Below, piece by piece: positions 20,516-28,344 of a stretch of DNA of 64,000 bases. Positions within the stretch are counted from its first letter, which is position 1, and the number at the start of each line of letters is the position of its first letter. The position numbers and the translations under genes are program-made. Source of the stretch: Thermoanaerobaculia bacterium (GTDB taxonomy: Bacteria; Acidobacteriota; Thermoanaerobaculia; UBA5066); the NCBI GenBank assembly GCA_963816185.1, contig CAWFJJ010000024.1, positions 672,001 to 736,000 of the forward strand, written 5' to 3'. Below the pieces are notes generated by a model that was not told where the DNA came from, did no database searches, and worked only from the letters and a program-made list of their open reading frames with translations.

Positions 20516-20663
20516 GTCCGAAGAGAACGAAGAGAAGATTTCTTAGAATGAGTAAGAGGGGCCCGGGGCGTGGCGGTGTGCGCCGAGCAGACGTTTCTCG
20601 TCGCGCGTCGCGGGAGCCCAAGCCCGATTCAACTTCTAAGAAAATCCTCGGTTCTCTTCGGAC
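20516..20663. repeat. long inverted repeat built on the dispersed motif
   Basis: GTCCGAAGAGAAC (20516-20528) is the exact complement of GTTCTCTTCGGAC (20651-20663); inner GATTTCTTAGAA at 20537 and TTCTAAGAAAATC at 20634. Confidence 0.8.
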
Positions 20664-21204
20664 CTTCCCCTCGATCTGGCCTGTCATCTCCCGCGAGACG
20701 CTCGGCAGCTTCAAGGTCTTCGCGGTCCGGCGCGAGATGCTGCGTTCTCCCCGGACGAATCTCCCGCACCCGTTCTACGTTCTCGATTGCCCGGACTGGG
20801 CGAACGTGGTCGCGCTGACTGACCGGAACGAGGTCGTCCTCGTCAGGCAGTTCCGCGCGGGCACGCGCTCGGTCACGCTGGAGATCCCGGGCGGCGGCGT
20901 GGAGGCGCACGACGGCTCGGCACTCGTGGCGGCCCGCCGCGAGCTGCGCGAGGAGACGGGCCACGTGGCGCGAAGCTGGAACCGCCTCGGTGTCGTGGAA
21001 CCGAATCCGGCCATCCTGTCGAACCGGTGCACGACGTATCTCGCGCGCGGGTGCCGGCCCGTCGGGGATCTCATCCCCGACGCTGGCGAAGACCTCGCCG
21101 TGGAGCTCGTGCCGTTGACCAGCATCCCGGGCCTCATCCGGCGCGGCCGCATCACACATTCTCTGGTGATCGCGGCTTTTCACTTTCTTTCGCTCGCGGG
21201 TTGA
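20548..21204 (+). CDS. NUDIX hydrolase (ADP-ribose pyrophosphatase-like)
   Basis: LVRQFR; Nudix box GGGVE...AARRELREETG; start uncertain. Confidence 0.88.
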   Translation: MSKRGPGRGGVRRADVSRRASREPKPDSTSKKILGSLRTFPSIWPVISRETLGSFKVFAVRREMLRSPRTNLPHPFYVLDCPDWANVVALTDRNEVVLVRQFRAGTRSVTLEIPGGGVEAHDGSALVAARRELREETGHVARSWNRLGVVEPNPAILSNRCTTYLARGCRPVGDLIPDAGEDLAVELVPLTSIPGLIRRGRITHSLVIAAFHFLSLAG

Positions 21205-21248
21205 GATCGGGGCACAACCGTCCCTAGAATCCCTCCCGGGAGGGAGCC

Positions 21249-22226
21249 ATGAAGAAGCTCGGTGCAGCCGCGGTCGTTCTCGTCGCCTGCTCGGGAGCCT
21301 TTCTCGTCGCGAGCACGAAGACGCCTGCCGTGAGGACCTTCGAAGCCACGTACGTCGGGACGATCGCGGCGCTTCCCGCCGCGGCGAAGAAGGCGGAGGT
21401 GTGGATCCCGCTGCCGTCGGACGGCCCCTACCAGGCGATTTCCGACATCAAGGTGGATGCGCCGGCCCCCTTCACGCTCGAAACGGACTCGATGGGAAAT
21501 CGGATGGCGCATTTTGTGCTCGAGAAGCCAGAGCAGTTCGGGAAGGACGTAGTGGTCAAGGCCACGTATCGCGTCACGAGGCGGGAAGCCGTCACTCCCT
21601 CTCCGGGCAGTGCGAAGACGGCCGAGCCTCCCCGCGCAGCAGCTTTTCTGAAGCCGAACCGGCTCGTGCCGCTCACGTCCCGCGTGAAGGAGCTCGCCGA
21701 CACCCTGTCCGCCGGCAAGACCGGCGCCGTCTCCAAGGCACACGCGTTTTACGACTATCTCGTCGACAACGGCACGTACGAAAAGGTGACGCCTGGCTGG
21801 GGCAAGGGCGATTCGGAGCGCTTCTGCGACATCAAGAAGGGAAACTGCACCGATTTCCATTCGGCGTTCATGGCGCTCGCGAGGTCCGAGGGCATTCCGG
21901 TGCGCTTCTCGATCGGCTTTCCGCTCCTGCATGACAAGGAGGGCATCGTTCCCGGATACCACTGCTGGGCCGAGTTCTGGGCGCCAGGACAGGGTTGGGT
22001 GCCGATCGACGCGTCGGACGCGGCGAAGACGAAGGAGCCCGTGAAGAAGGCGTACCTCTTCGGCCACCTCGACCCGGACCGCTTCGACATCACGACCGGC
22101 CGCGATCTCACGCTGTCCCCGCCCCAGAAGGACGGCCCTTTGAACTTCTTCATTTACCCGTACGTCGAGGTGGACGGGAGGGCCTTCGCGGAGACGAAGA
22201 TCCGGCTCGAATATCACGATCTGTGA
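21249..22226 (+). CDS. secreted transglutaminase-like protein
   Basis: GNCTDFH, YHCWAEF, GWVPID (Cys-His-Asp triad); signal peptide. Confidence 0.88.
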   Translation: MKKLGAAAVVLVACSGAFLVASTKTPAVRTFEATYVGTIAALPAAAKKAEVWIPLPSDGPYQAISDIKVDAPAPFTLETDSMGNRMAHFVLEKPEQFGKDVVVKATYRVTRREAVTPSPGSAKTAEPPRAAAFLKPNRLVPLTSRVKELADTLSAGKTGAVSKAHAFYDYLVDNGTYEKVTPGWGKGDSERFCDIKKGNCTDFHSAFMALARSEGIPVRFSIGFPLLHDKEGIVPGYHCWAEFWAPGQGWVPIDASDAAKTKEPVKKAYLFGHLDPDRFDITTGRDLTLSPPQKDGPLNFFIYPYVEVDGRAFAETKIRLEYHDL

Positions 22227-23217
22227 CGGTGAGGGGCCCTGACCCGTCGATTGCGAACGCAACGCGCGCGAGCCGAGTCGGAGTCTCGGCCTCCATCCAC
22301 GTCGCCACACGCCGGTCGGCGGTGAGCGCGAGCGTTCCGGGCACCGGCAGAAGGGGCGCATGGAGGACACGGCGCGAGGCCGCCCCCTCCGGCGCATCGG
22401 GGCGTGACCCGACGACGAGGGCGAGATTCCCGATTTCGCCCTCGATCCTGACGACGGCAGGCTCGGGCCCGAGCGTGAGCCAGACCTCCTGGGGAAAAGG
22501 TGCTCCACCGGAACCGCGGAGACGCCGGACCGCCCGCGCCGCGGCGCGCAGGCGGCGAGCCTTCGAGGGGTCGGGCTCGAGTCCTTCGAGATGCTGGCTC
22601 GCATCGGTCAACCGGCGGTCGAGAGCGGCGAGATCGTCCGTCTTTCCGGCGGCGAGGAGGAGGCGTGCGAGGTCGGGTGCCGCGCGCTCGAGGCGGCGCG
22701 AGACGCCTTCGGCGACGCGCGGCGTCTGGACGGACTCGGCGAAGGTCAGCCAGGCGACCGTCGCCTCCCATTTCGCGACGAGCGTCTGGCCGGGCAGGGG
22801 GAAACGCGCGCGGAGCGCGCCCGCGAGCGCGCGCTCGCGAAGCCCGAGGAGCGGTCCCGCTGCGTCGGCCGGCACGTCGGCAAGGGCCCGGCGAAAGGCC
22901 TCGCCGTCGTAGATGCGAACCTGTCGCCCGAGCTTCGGGTCGAACGGCGTCGCGAACGAGACACCCTCGGGCGGGGCGCCGGGACGCGCGGCAAGCCGCT
23001 CCGCCGTCTCTCCGAGGAGAACCTCGGCCAGCGGATCGGGCGTACCTTCGGCTCTGAGGCGGGCGGCGCCCCGCGCGAGGAGGGCCGCCGCGAGCGGAAG
23101 GCGCATGTCGTCGGCTGCGAGATACCGGCCCACGACGACGAGGTTCCTGCTGCCTTCGGGCCCTTCCGCGAAGAGGGAATCGGAAGAGAGAGCCGCGACG
23201 AGGAGCGCGGCGATCAT
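22150..23217 (-). CDS. secreted hypothetical protein, paralogue of 24641..26164
   Basis: MIAALLVAALSS start overlaps the SPFH stop; shares LAAA / LLG / GVS / YDGxAxRR blocks with the 507-aa protein. Confidence 0.6.
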   Translation of the reverse strand: MIAALLVAALSSDSLFAEGPEGSRNLVVVGRYLAADDMRLPLAAALLARGAARLRAEGTPDPLAEVLLGETAERLAARPGAPPEGVSFATPFDPKLGRQVRIYDGEAFRRALADVPADAAGPLLGLRERALAGALRARFPLPGQTLVAKWEATVAWLTFAESVQTPRVAEGVSRRLERAAPDLARLLLAAGKTDDLAALDRRLTDASQHLEGLEPDPSKARRLRAAARAVRRLRGSGGAPFPQEVWLTLGPEPAVVRIEGEIGNLALVVGSRPDAPEGAASRRVLHAPLLPVPGTLALTADRRVATWMEAETPTRLARVAFAIDGSGPLTVTDRDIRAGSSSPRRPSRPPRRTGK

Positions 23218-24404
23218 CGTGAAGTCCCACTCGCGATGCGCTTGCTCATCTCGGGTGCGAGGATGTCTGCAGTCAGATTCGGCATCACGATAACCTGCAC
23301 CTTGTCGCCAAGCTTTTCGGCGAGGGTCTTGTTGACCCAGGTCGGGTTCGCCTGGATGAGCTCCACCTCCCGCTTGAGATTCTCGAACTGTGCGAGAGAC
23401 GTTTGACGGATCGCGTAGGCCTCGGCCTCGGCCATGGTCTTGCGCCGCGAGGCCTCGGCCTCGGCCTGGATCTTCATCGTCTCGGACTGTGACTGCGCGT
23501 CCTTCAGCTTTCGTGCCTTCTGGGCCTCGGCCTCGAGCTCCTGCTGCTTGATCCCCTTCTCCTTGAGCGGCAGGATGTAGGTCATCGCGTCGGCCTCGGC
23601 CTTCGCCTCGATGAGGCGGCGATTCGCGGCCGCCTCGGCCTCCTTGTCGGAGCGGGCCTTGCGCGCCTCTGCCTCGAGCCGCTGCTGCTCGATCTCCTGC
23701 TTCTTGAAGCGGAGGTTCGCCTCGGTGCGTTCGACGAGCTGTGACTGCTCGAGGAGCGCGAGGCGGCCGCGCTCGAACTCGATCGGCAGCTTGAGATCGC
23801 TCACGAGCACGTCCTTGAGAACGATGCCGGTCTCGGCGAGGCGCTCGCCGGCCTGCTTCGCGGCCCGTGCCGCGAGCTCCTCCCGTTTGCTCGCGAGAAG
23901 CGACGGAGCGTCGTACTCGGGCGCGATGGCGCGAAAGGCGGACGCGAGAACCGGCCCGACGACTTCGGGTCCCGGGTCGGCAGGCAGGCCTTCCCATCGC
24001 ACGAGGAGCTGCCCGCGGTCGAGAGCCCAGCGTGCCTGGATGACAAGCCCGACCGCGAAACCGTCCCGCGTCGGAATGGTGAACGAAGCGGCGGGCCCTG
24101 CGAGCAGCTGATCCGATACCCGAACGCGCCTGAGGACGTACAGCGAGCCCGGGAGAAAGTGGCTTCCCGGCGAAACGATGCGGGTGGAGCCGGTGAACTT
24201 GCCGATGACGAGGCCGACGTCGCCGGGCGCCACAGACTTGAAGCTTCGCTCGACCCAGCGCACACCGGACCACAGGGCGACGACGAGCGTCGCTCCGAGG
24301 AGGATGTTGCGCAGGGGCAGGTGTTGCCTCCAGCCGCCGTGGCCGCCGAGGGCGCTGAGTTTCGCGCGGAGGCTGGGAGGGTCGTCGGGATCGGTGCCGT
24401 TCAT
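23214..24404 (-). CDS. SPFH/band-7 domain protein with coiled coil
   Basis: N-terminal TM, VAPGDVGL, PGSHFLP, GIVLKDVLVSDLKLP, EAEA-rich coiled coil; AAGGAG RBS. Confidence 0.85.
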   Translation of the reverse strand: MNGTDPDDPPSLRAKLSALGGHGGWRQHLPLRNILLGATLVVALWSGVRWVERSFKSVAPGDVGLVIGKFTGSTRIVSPGSHFLPGSLYVLRRVRVSDQLLAGPAASFTIPTRDGFAVGLVIQARWALDRGQLLVRWEGLPADPGPEVVGPVLASAFRAIAPEYDAPSLLASKREELAARAAKQAGERLAETGIVLKDVLVSDLKLPIEFERGRLALLEQSQLVERTEANLRFKKQEIEQQRLEAEARKARSDKEAEAAANRRLIEAKAEADAMTYILPLKEKGIKQQELEAEAQKARKLKDAQSQSETMKIQAEAEASRRKTMAEAEAYAIRQTSLAQFENLKREVELIQANPTWVNKTLAEKLGDKVQVIVMPNLTADILAPEMSKRIASGTSR

Positions 24405-24545
24405 CTTCGTCTCCTTCGCGGCGGAAGGGCCGCACGGAGGCGTCTTCACGAACGATGCCGGGCACCCCGTGCCGTGGACGGGGCGCTCTTCGCTCATCCG
24501 CGATCTCTGTTTCGAAGAAACATACTCCGCATCGCATGATTCCGC

Positions 24546-24596
24546 CATCACACGCATCACACGGGATGAGAGACGCCGCGCGGCACGAAGCATGAA
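24546..24596 (+). promoter_or_regulatory. tandem CATCACACG x2 and a weak sigma-54-like promoter
   Basis: CATCACACG at 24546-24554 and 24555-24563; CGGCACGAAGCATGAA at 24581-24596 (GG-N10-GA rather than GC). Confidence 0.3.
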
Positions 24597-24640
24597 ACGC
24601 CCTCTCCGGGCGCGGACAGGACCCGCGCCGGGAGGTTCAC

Positions 24641-26164
24641 ATGTTTCGCCGCTATCTCGCCCCGATCCTGAGGCTTCTCGCGTTTCTCGCCCTTCTCGCG
24701 TCGCCCCTCGTCCTCGCGGCGATCGCCCGCGCCGAGGAGCCGGAAGGAAAGGACCTCGTCGCGCTCCGCTCGCTCGTCCTCGGCGAGACGCCGATCGATC
24801 GCTTCGGGCGCGGCGGGCGCGTCGCGGCCAGCGCTCGGGTCCAGCTTCTGGAGCGCAACGGGAGTCGCGTTCTCGTCTCGGCTCCTGCCTGGGGCTCGGT
24901 CGCTGCGGCGCGCGGCTTTGCAGACTCCTCGGCGTTCTTCGTCCTCGACGATCCGCTGGAGCCGATCGACCGGCTCGTGACCAACGCGCGCCTCCTCCTC
25001 GAGGCCAACGATCGGCCGGTCCTCGCGGCTGCGTATCTTCACGAAGTCACTCGGCGCGATGCGGCGCATGTCGAGGCGTGGGAGCTCCTCGGCCGCGCCG
25101 GCGAGCTTCTCGCCGCGTCGGCACGGCGGGGTGAGGACGGGCGCGAGCCCGCGTCCGTCCTCCTCGCCCGGGTCTGGGGCGTGTCGCTCGTTCCGAAAGG
25201 CGACGGGAGCGGGTATCGATACGACGGCGCGGCCTACCGGCGCGTGATCGCCCTCGCTCCTCCCGCCGACGTGGCCGAGCGCGCCCGCCTGCGCCTCCTG
25301 ACCTCGTGCGGGCCGGTCGTGAATCCGCTGGCGCCGGCCGATGCCGACGCCGTCTCACGACGCGAGCGCGACCTGGCCGAGTTCCTCTCTTCGTTCCCGG
25401 CGTCGCCTCGGCGCGTGCAATTCCTCCTCGAGCGTGCGCGCCTCCTGTCGTGGCTGGCCGAGGGCGCCGCCCGGCGAGGGGACCGCGAGACCTCCGCCGG
25501 CTACCGCGACGCGGCGATCGAGGCCGCCTCGGAGGTCACGGCGACGACGCCCGATGCGGCGCGCCGCCGCGCGGCCGACCGCCTCGTGGCGCGTCTCACC
25601 AAATCGCTTCCGCGCAAGATCGTTTCCGACAAGGCCGTCGTCTCCGCTTCCGGCCTGCGCGCGCAGTTCGTCGCGAAGGGCGGCGTCACGGCGCTCGTGG
25701 TGACGCGGCCTGACGGCAGGGATGCGATCCAGCCCTATCCCGTCGTCGGCGCGGATCCGGCAAGCCTTGCGTTCGACTCCACGGGCCAGAAGCTCGTGTG
25801 GGACGAGGCGCCGGCGGCCGGCCACCGAAGGACGCGCCTCCTCGACATCGTCCGGGCGCGCGTGATCGAGCCGGCAGCGGCCGCCGAGCCCGAGCTCCTG
25901 TCGGCCGGCGCTCAGGGTCCCTCGAGCGGTCAGGGGCCGGGAGAAGACCGATACACGACGTCTCTCGGCTTCTCACCGGACGGCCGCCTCCTCCTCGTCG
26001 TCTGCGAGGGGTTCACACCCGAAGGCGTGCGGATTCCGAAGCGGCACGTCCTCTGCGACACGGATGGCGCGCGCCGGCCGGTCCTCGTGGATCGCCCGTA
26101 CTCGGCTCCGGGCGTCGTGGACTGGAATCGCCTGGAGCAGATGACCGGGCGGCTGAGCGGATAA
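24641..26164 (+). CDS. secreted hypothetical protein with helical/TPR-like core and partial beta-propeller C-terminus
   Basis: Signal peptide, GGAGG RBS; LAFDSTGQKLVW and LGFSPDGRLLL repeats. Confidence 0.7.
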   Translation: MFRRYLAPILRLLAFLALLASPLVLAAIARAEEPEGKDLVALRSLVLGETPIDRFGRGGRVAASARVQLLERNGSRVLVSAPAWGSVAAARGFADSSAFFVLDDPLEPIDRLVTNARLLLEANDRPVLAAAYLHEVTRRDAAHVEAWELLGRAGELLAASARRGEDGREPASVLLARVWGVSLVPKGDGSGYRYDGAAYRRVIALAPPADVAERARLRLLTSCGPVVNPLAPADADAVSRRERDLAEFLSSFPASPRRVQFLLERARLLSWLAEGAARRGDRETSAGYRDAAIEAASEVTATTPDAARRRAADRLVARLTKSLPRKIVSDKAVVSASGLRAQFVAKGGVTALVVTRPDGRDAIQPYPVVGADPASLAFDSTGQKLVWDEAPAAGHRRTRLLDIVRARVIEPAAAAEPELLSAGAQGPSSGQGPGEDRYTTSLGFSPDGRLLLVVCEGFTPEGVRIPKRHVLCDTDGARRPVLVDRPYSAPGVVDWNRLEQMTGRLSG

Positions 26165-26173
26165 TCGCGGCGG

Positions 26174-26698
26174 ATGACGATCACGCTGAAGGAGAACGAA
26201 GACCGGAGGCTGCGGCGAAAATCCGCAGCCTTTCGCTTGAAGCACGATGTCGGAAAAGCGCTCCGCTGGAGCGCGCCGGAAGACAGGGAAAAGGACGCCG
26301 AGGCTCTGCGCGCGCGGCTTGCAGCCGACCTCCTGCCGCGCGCGAGCGGCGGCGGCGCGAATCGTGACGTCCTGGAAACTTTCTTCGAATGGAAGAGGGA
26401 AGAGGGGCCGTTGTTTGCGAGCGGCGATCCGGATCTGGAAGCGGTCGAGCGGGCCATGACGACGGTGGGTCGCCTCGTCCCCCGACTCGCCTCCCCCCTC
26501 TTTCCATTCAAAGAATCCTCCTCTTCTCTTTCCGAATCTTCTCTTTCCGAAAACAAGTCCCTTCCTCTCTCCGAGCCTTCCCTCGTTTCCCTCGACGAAG
26601 CCTGTCTCGAGGCGTCGCGTGCCTGCACGGCGTTCTACCGCCGCGTCGCTCTCGACGACGGGCCGGAGATCGTGCGGCCTCTCGGAGAGCGCCGGTGA
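26174..26698 (+). CDS. hypothetical protein with an H-box-like RLKHDVGK motif (possible phosphotransfer protein)
   Basis: Operon-coupled; helical; Ser-rich insert coincides with the dispersed motif. Confidence 0.6.
   Translation: MTITLKENEDRRLRRKSAAFRLKHDVGKALRWSAPEDREKDAEALRARLAADLLPRASGGGANRDVLETFFEWKREEGPLFASGDPDLEAVERAMTTVGRLVPRLASPLFPFKESSSSLSESSLSENKSLPLSEPSLVSLDEACLEASRACTAFYRRVALDDGPEIVRPLGERR
26379..26551. repeat. inverted motif pair plus 15-bp tandem duplication in coding sequence
   Basis: TTCTTCGAATGGAAGAGGG (26381-26399) versus CCCTCTTTCCATTCAAAGAA (26496-26515); TCTTCTCTTTCCGAA x2 at 26522-26551. Confidence 0.7.
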
Positions 26699-28344
26699 CG
26701 GCCCGTGGCCCGCGCGTTCTCGTCGTCGACGATCAGCCCAAGACCGCCGAGTTCCTGCGGCGTCACGCGCCGGATCTGGTCTTGCTCGGCCCTTCGGCGG
26801 AGAAAGCCTGGGCGGGAAGCTGGCCGGAAGCCGAGGCGGCGCTTGCGCGTGCTGGGCGAATTCCGGATCTCGTCGTTCTCGATCTGAGATTCGACATTTC
26901 CGACGAGGATCTCCTGCCCGACAGGCGTCCTCTCGGCGAGTCGGCGGCGGGGAAGAGGGACCGGCGGGATCGGCGGGACCGGCAGGGCCTGTTCATCCTG
27001 GAACGCCTGCGCCACCGCGAGAGGGATCTGCCCGTCGTCCTGACGACGGCACACGAGGAGATCCCGTTCGAGGACGAGGCCCGCCGCCTTCGCGCCGACG
27101 CGTTCACGTACACGGTGGGCGAGGACGAGGCGACGGGCGAGGGGCTCGTCCGCCTCGTGCGCCGCGTTCTCGCGGAGAGCGAATCGCCTCTGTCGACGGG
27201 AAGGTTCTTCTGGGGCCGCGGTGCCGCGATGAGGGACCTGCGCCGCCGGATCGCGTCCCTGGCGCCCACGCCGCTGCCGCTCCTCCTCACGGGACCGACG
27301 GGTTCGGGCAAGAACTTCCTCGTGAAAGAGGTGATCCACCCCCTCTCGTCGCGCAAAGGGCCCCTCGTCTCCTTCGATTGCGCGACGGTGCCGGAGACGC
27401 TCCTGCAAGCCGCGCTCTTCGGCTCGGTGCGCGGTTCATACACGGGCTCGGTCGCGGACCGGGCGGGGGTCTTCGAGGCCGCGGCGGGCGGGACTCTCTT
27501 TCTCGACGAGATCGAGAACCTGTCTTCCGATGCCCAGAAAGCTCTTCTGACGGCGCTCAACGACGGCGTCGTGCGGCGGGTCGGGGCCACGGCCGCCGTG
27601 CCGCACACGGCGAGGATCGTGGCCGCGTCCAACGCGGACCTCAGGAAGCGCGTTCAGGACGGGCTCTTTCGCGCGGATCTTCTGATGCGCCTCAACCCCG
27701 CGCTTGCGCTCGAGCTGCCGCCGCTGTCCGCGCGGCGCGAGGACCTCGAGGACCTCGCCGACGACTTCGCGGCGACGTTCTTCTCGGACGCGGTTCATCG
27801 TCAGGAGATCGCCGTGCAGGTGCGTGCGGCCGGAGGAGCGGAGCCGGACCGGGAAGATACGTTCGAGCTCGCGCGGGGAGAGGAAGAGGTCGCGCGGAGC
27901 CGGGCCCCGGTCGTCTTCGCCCTCCCGCGCAAGGGCTGGCAGGCGATCGCCCGTCATCCGTGGCCCGGAAACGTGCGGCAATTCGCGATGGTCCTCGCAG
28001 ACCTTCTCGCGGCCACCCTGTACGGCCGAACGGCCGCCACGAAGGATCGGACGGGCCGCGTCGTCTTCACGATGGATCCGCGGCTGCTCTTCGATCTGCT
28101 GGCCGAGGCGCGCCAGGAGGACGTGCCTTCGGCCGGCGAGGTCCTCTCTCTTCCGCGTCCGAAAGTGGAAAGCGTCGAGGGTTTCCGGCGCGAGCTCGAG
28201 CGCTCCGCCTTCCGGCAGGTGTTTCGCGAGTGCGAGGGCGACTTCGCGCGCATGGCCGAGCGCATGACGGGATCGGCGGCCGACGAACGGGCGGTGCGTC
28301 TGCGTTTCAACAAGCTCGGTCTCTCGGCTCGCCGTGGGGCGTGA
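26695..28344 (+). CDS. sigma-54-type enhancer-binding protein with atypical receiver domain
   Basis: VLVVDD...LVVLD; Walker A GPTGSGK; GSYTGS (GAFTGA variant); TLFLDEI; FRADL; WPGNVR. Confidence 0.88.
   Translation: MTARGPRVLVVDDQPKTAEFLRRHAPDLVLLGPSAEKAWAGSWPEAEAALARAGRIPDLVVLDLRFDISDEDLLPDRRPLGESAAGKRDRRDRRDRQGLFILERLRHRERDLPVVLTTAHEEIPFEDEARRLRADAFTYTVGEDEATGEGLVRLVRRVLAESESPLSTGRFFWGRGAAMRDLRRRIASLAPTPLPLLLTGPTGSGKNFLVKEVIHPLSSRKGPLVSFDCATVPETLLQAALFGSVRGSYTGSVADRAGVFEAAAGGTLFLDEIENLSSDAQKALLTALNDGVVRRVGATAAVPHTARIVAASNADLRKRVQDGLFRADLLMRLNPALALELPPLSARREDLEDLADDFAATFFSDAVHRQEIAVQVRAAGGAEPDREDTFELARGEEEVARSRAPVVFALPRKGWQAIARHPWPGNVRQFAMVLADLLAATLYGRTAATKDRTGRVVFTMDPRLLFDLLAEARQEDVPSAGEVLSLPRPKVESVEGFRRELERSAFRQVFRECEGDFARMAERMTGSAADERAVRLRFNKLGLSARRGA

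Noticed and set aside
26619-28340. N-terminal half of the 1409-aa ORF (also the upstream extensions of 22150..24537, 1934..3415, 56608..58938 and 37034..38800) as giant fusions
   Set aside because: Arg/Pro/Gly-rich off-frame read-through across the preceding real gene; true starts overlap the upstream stop codons.
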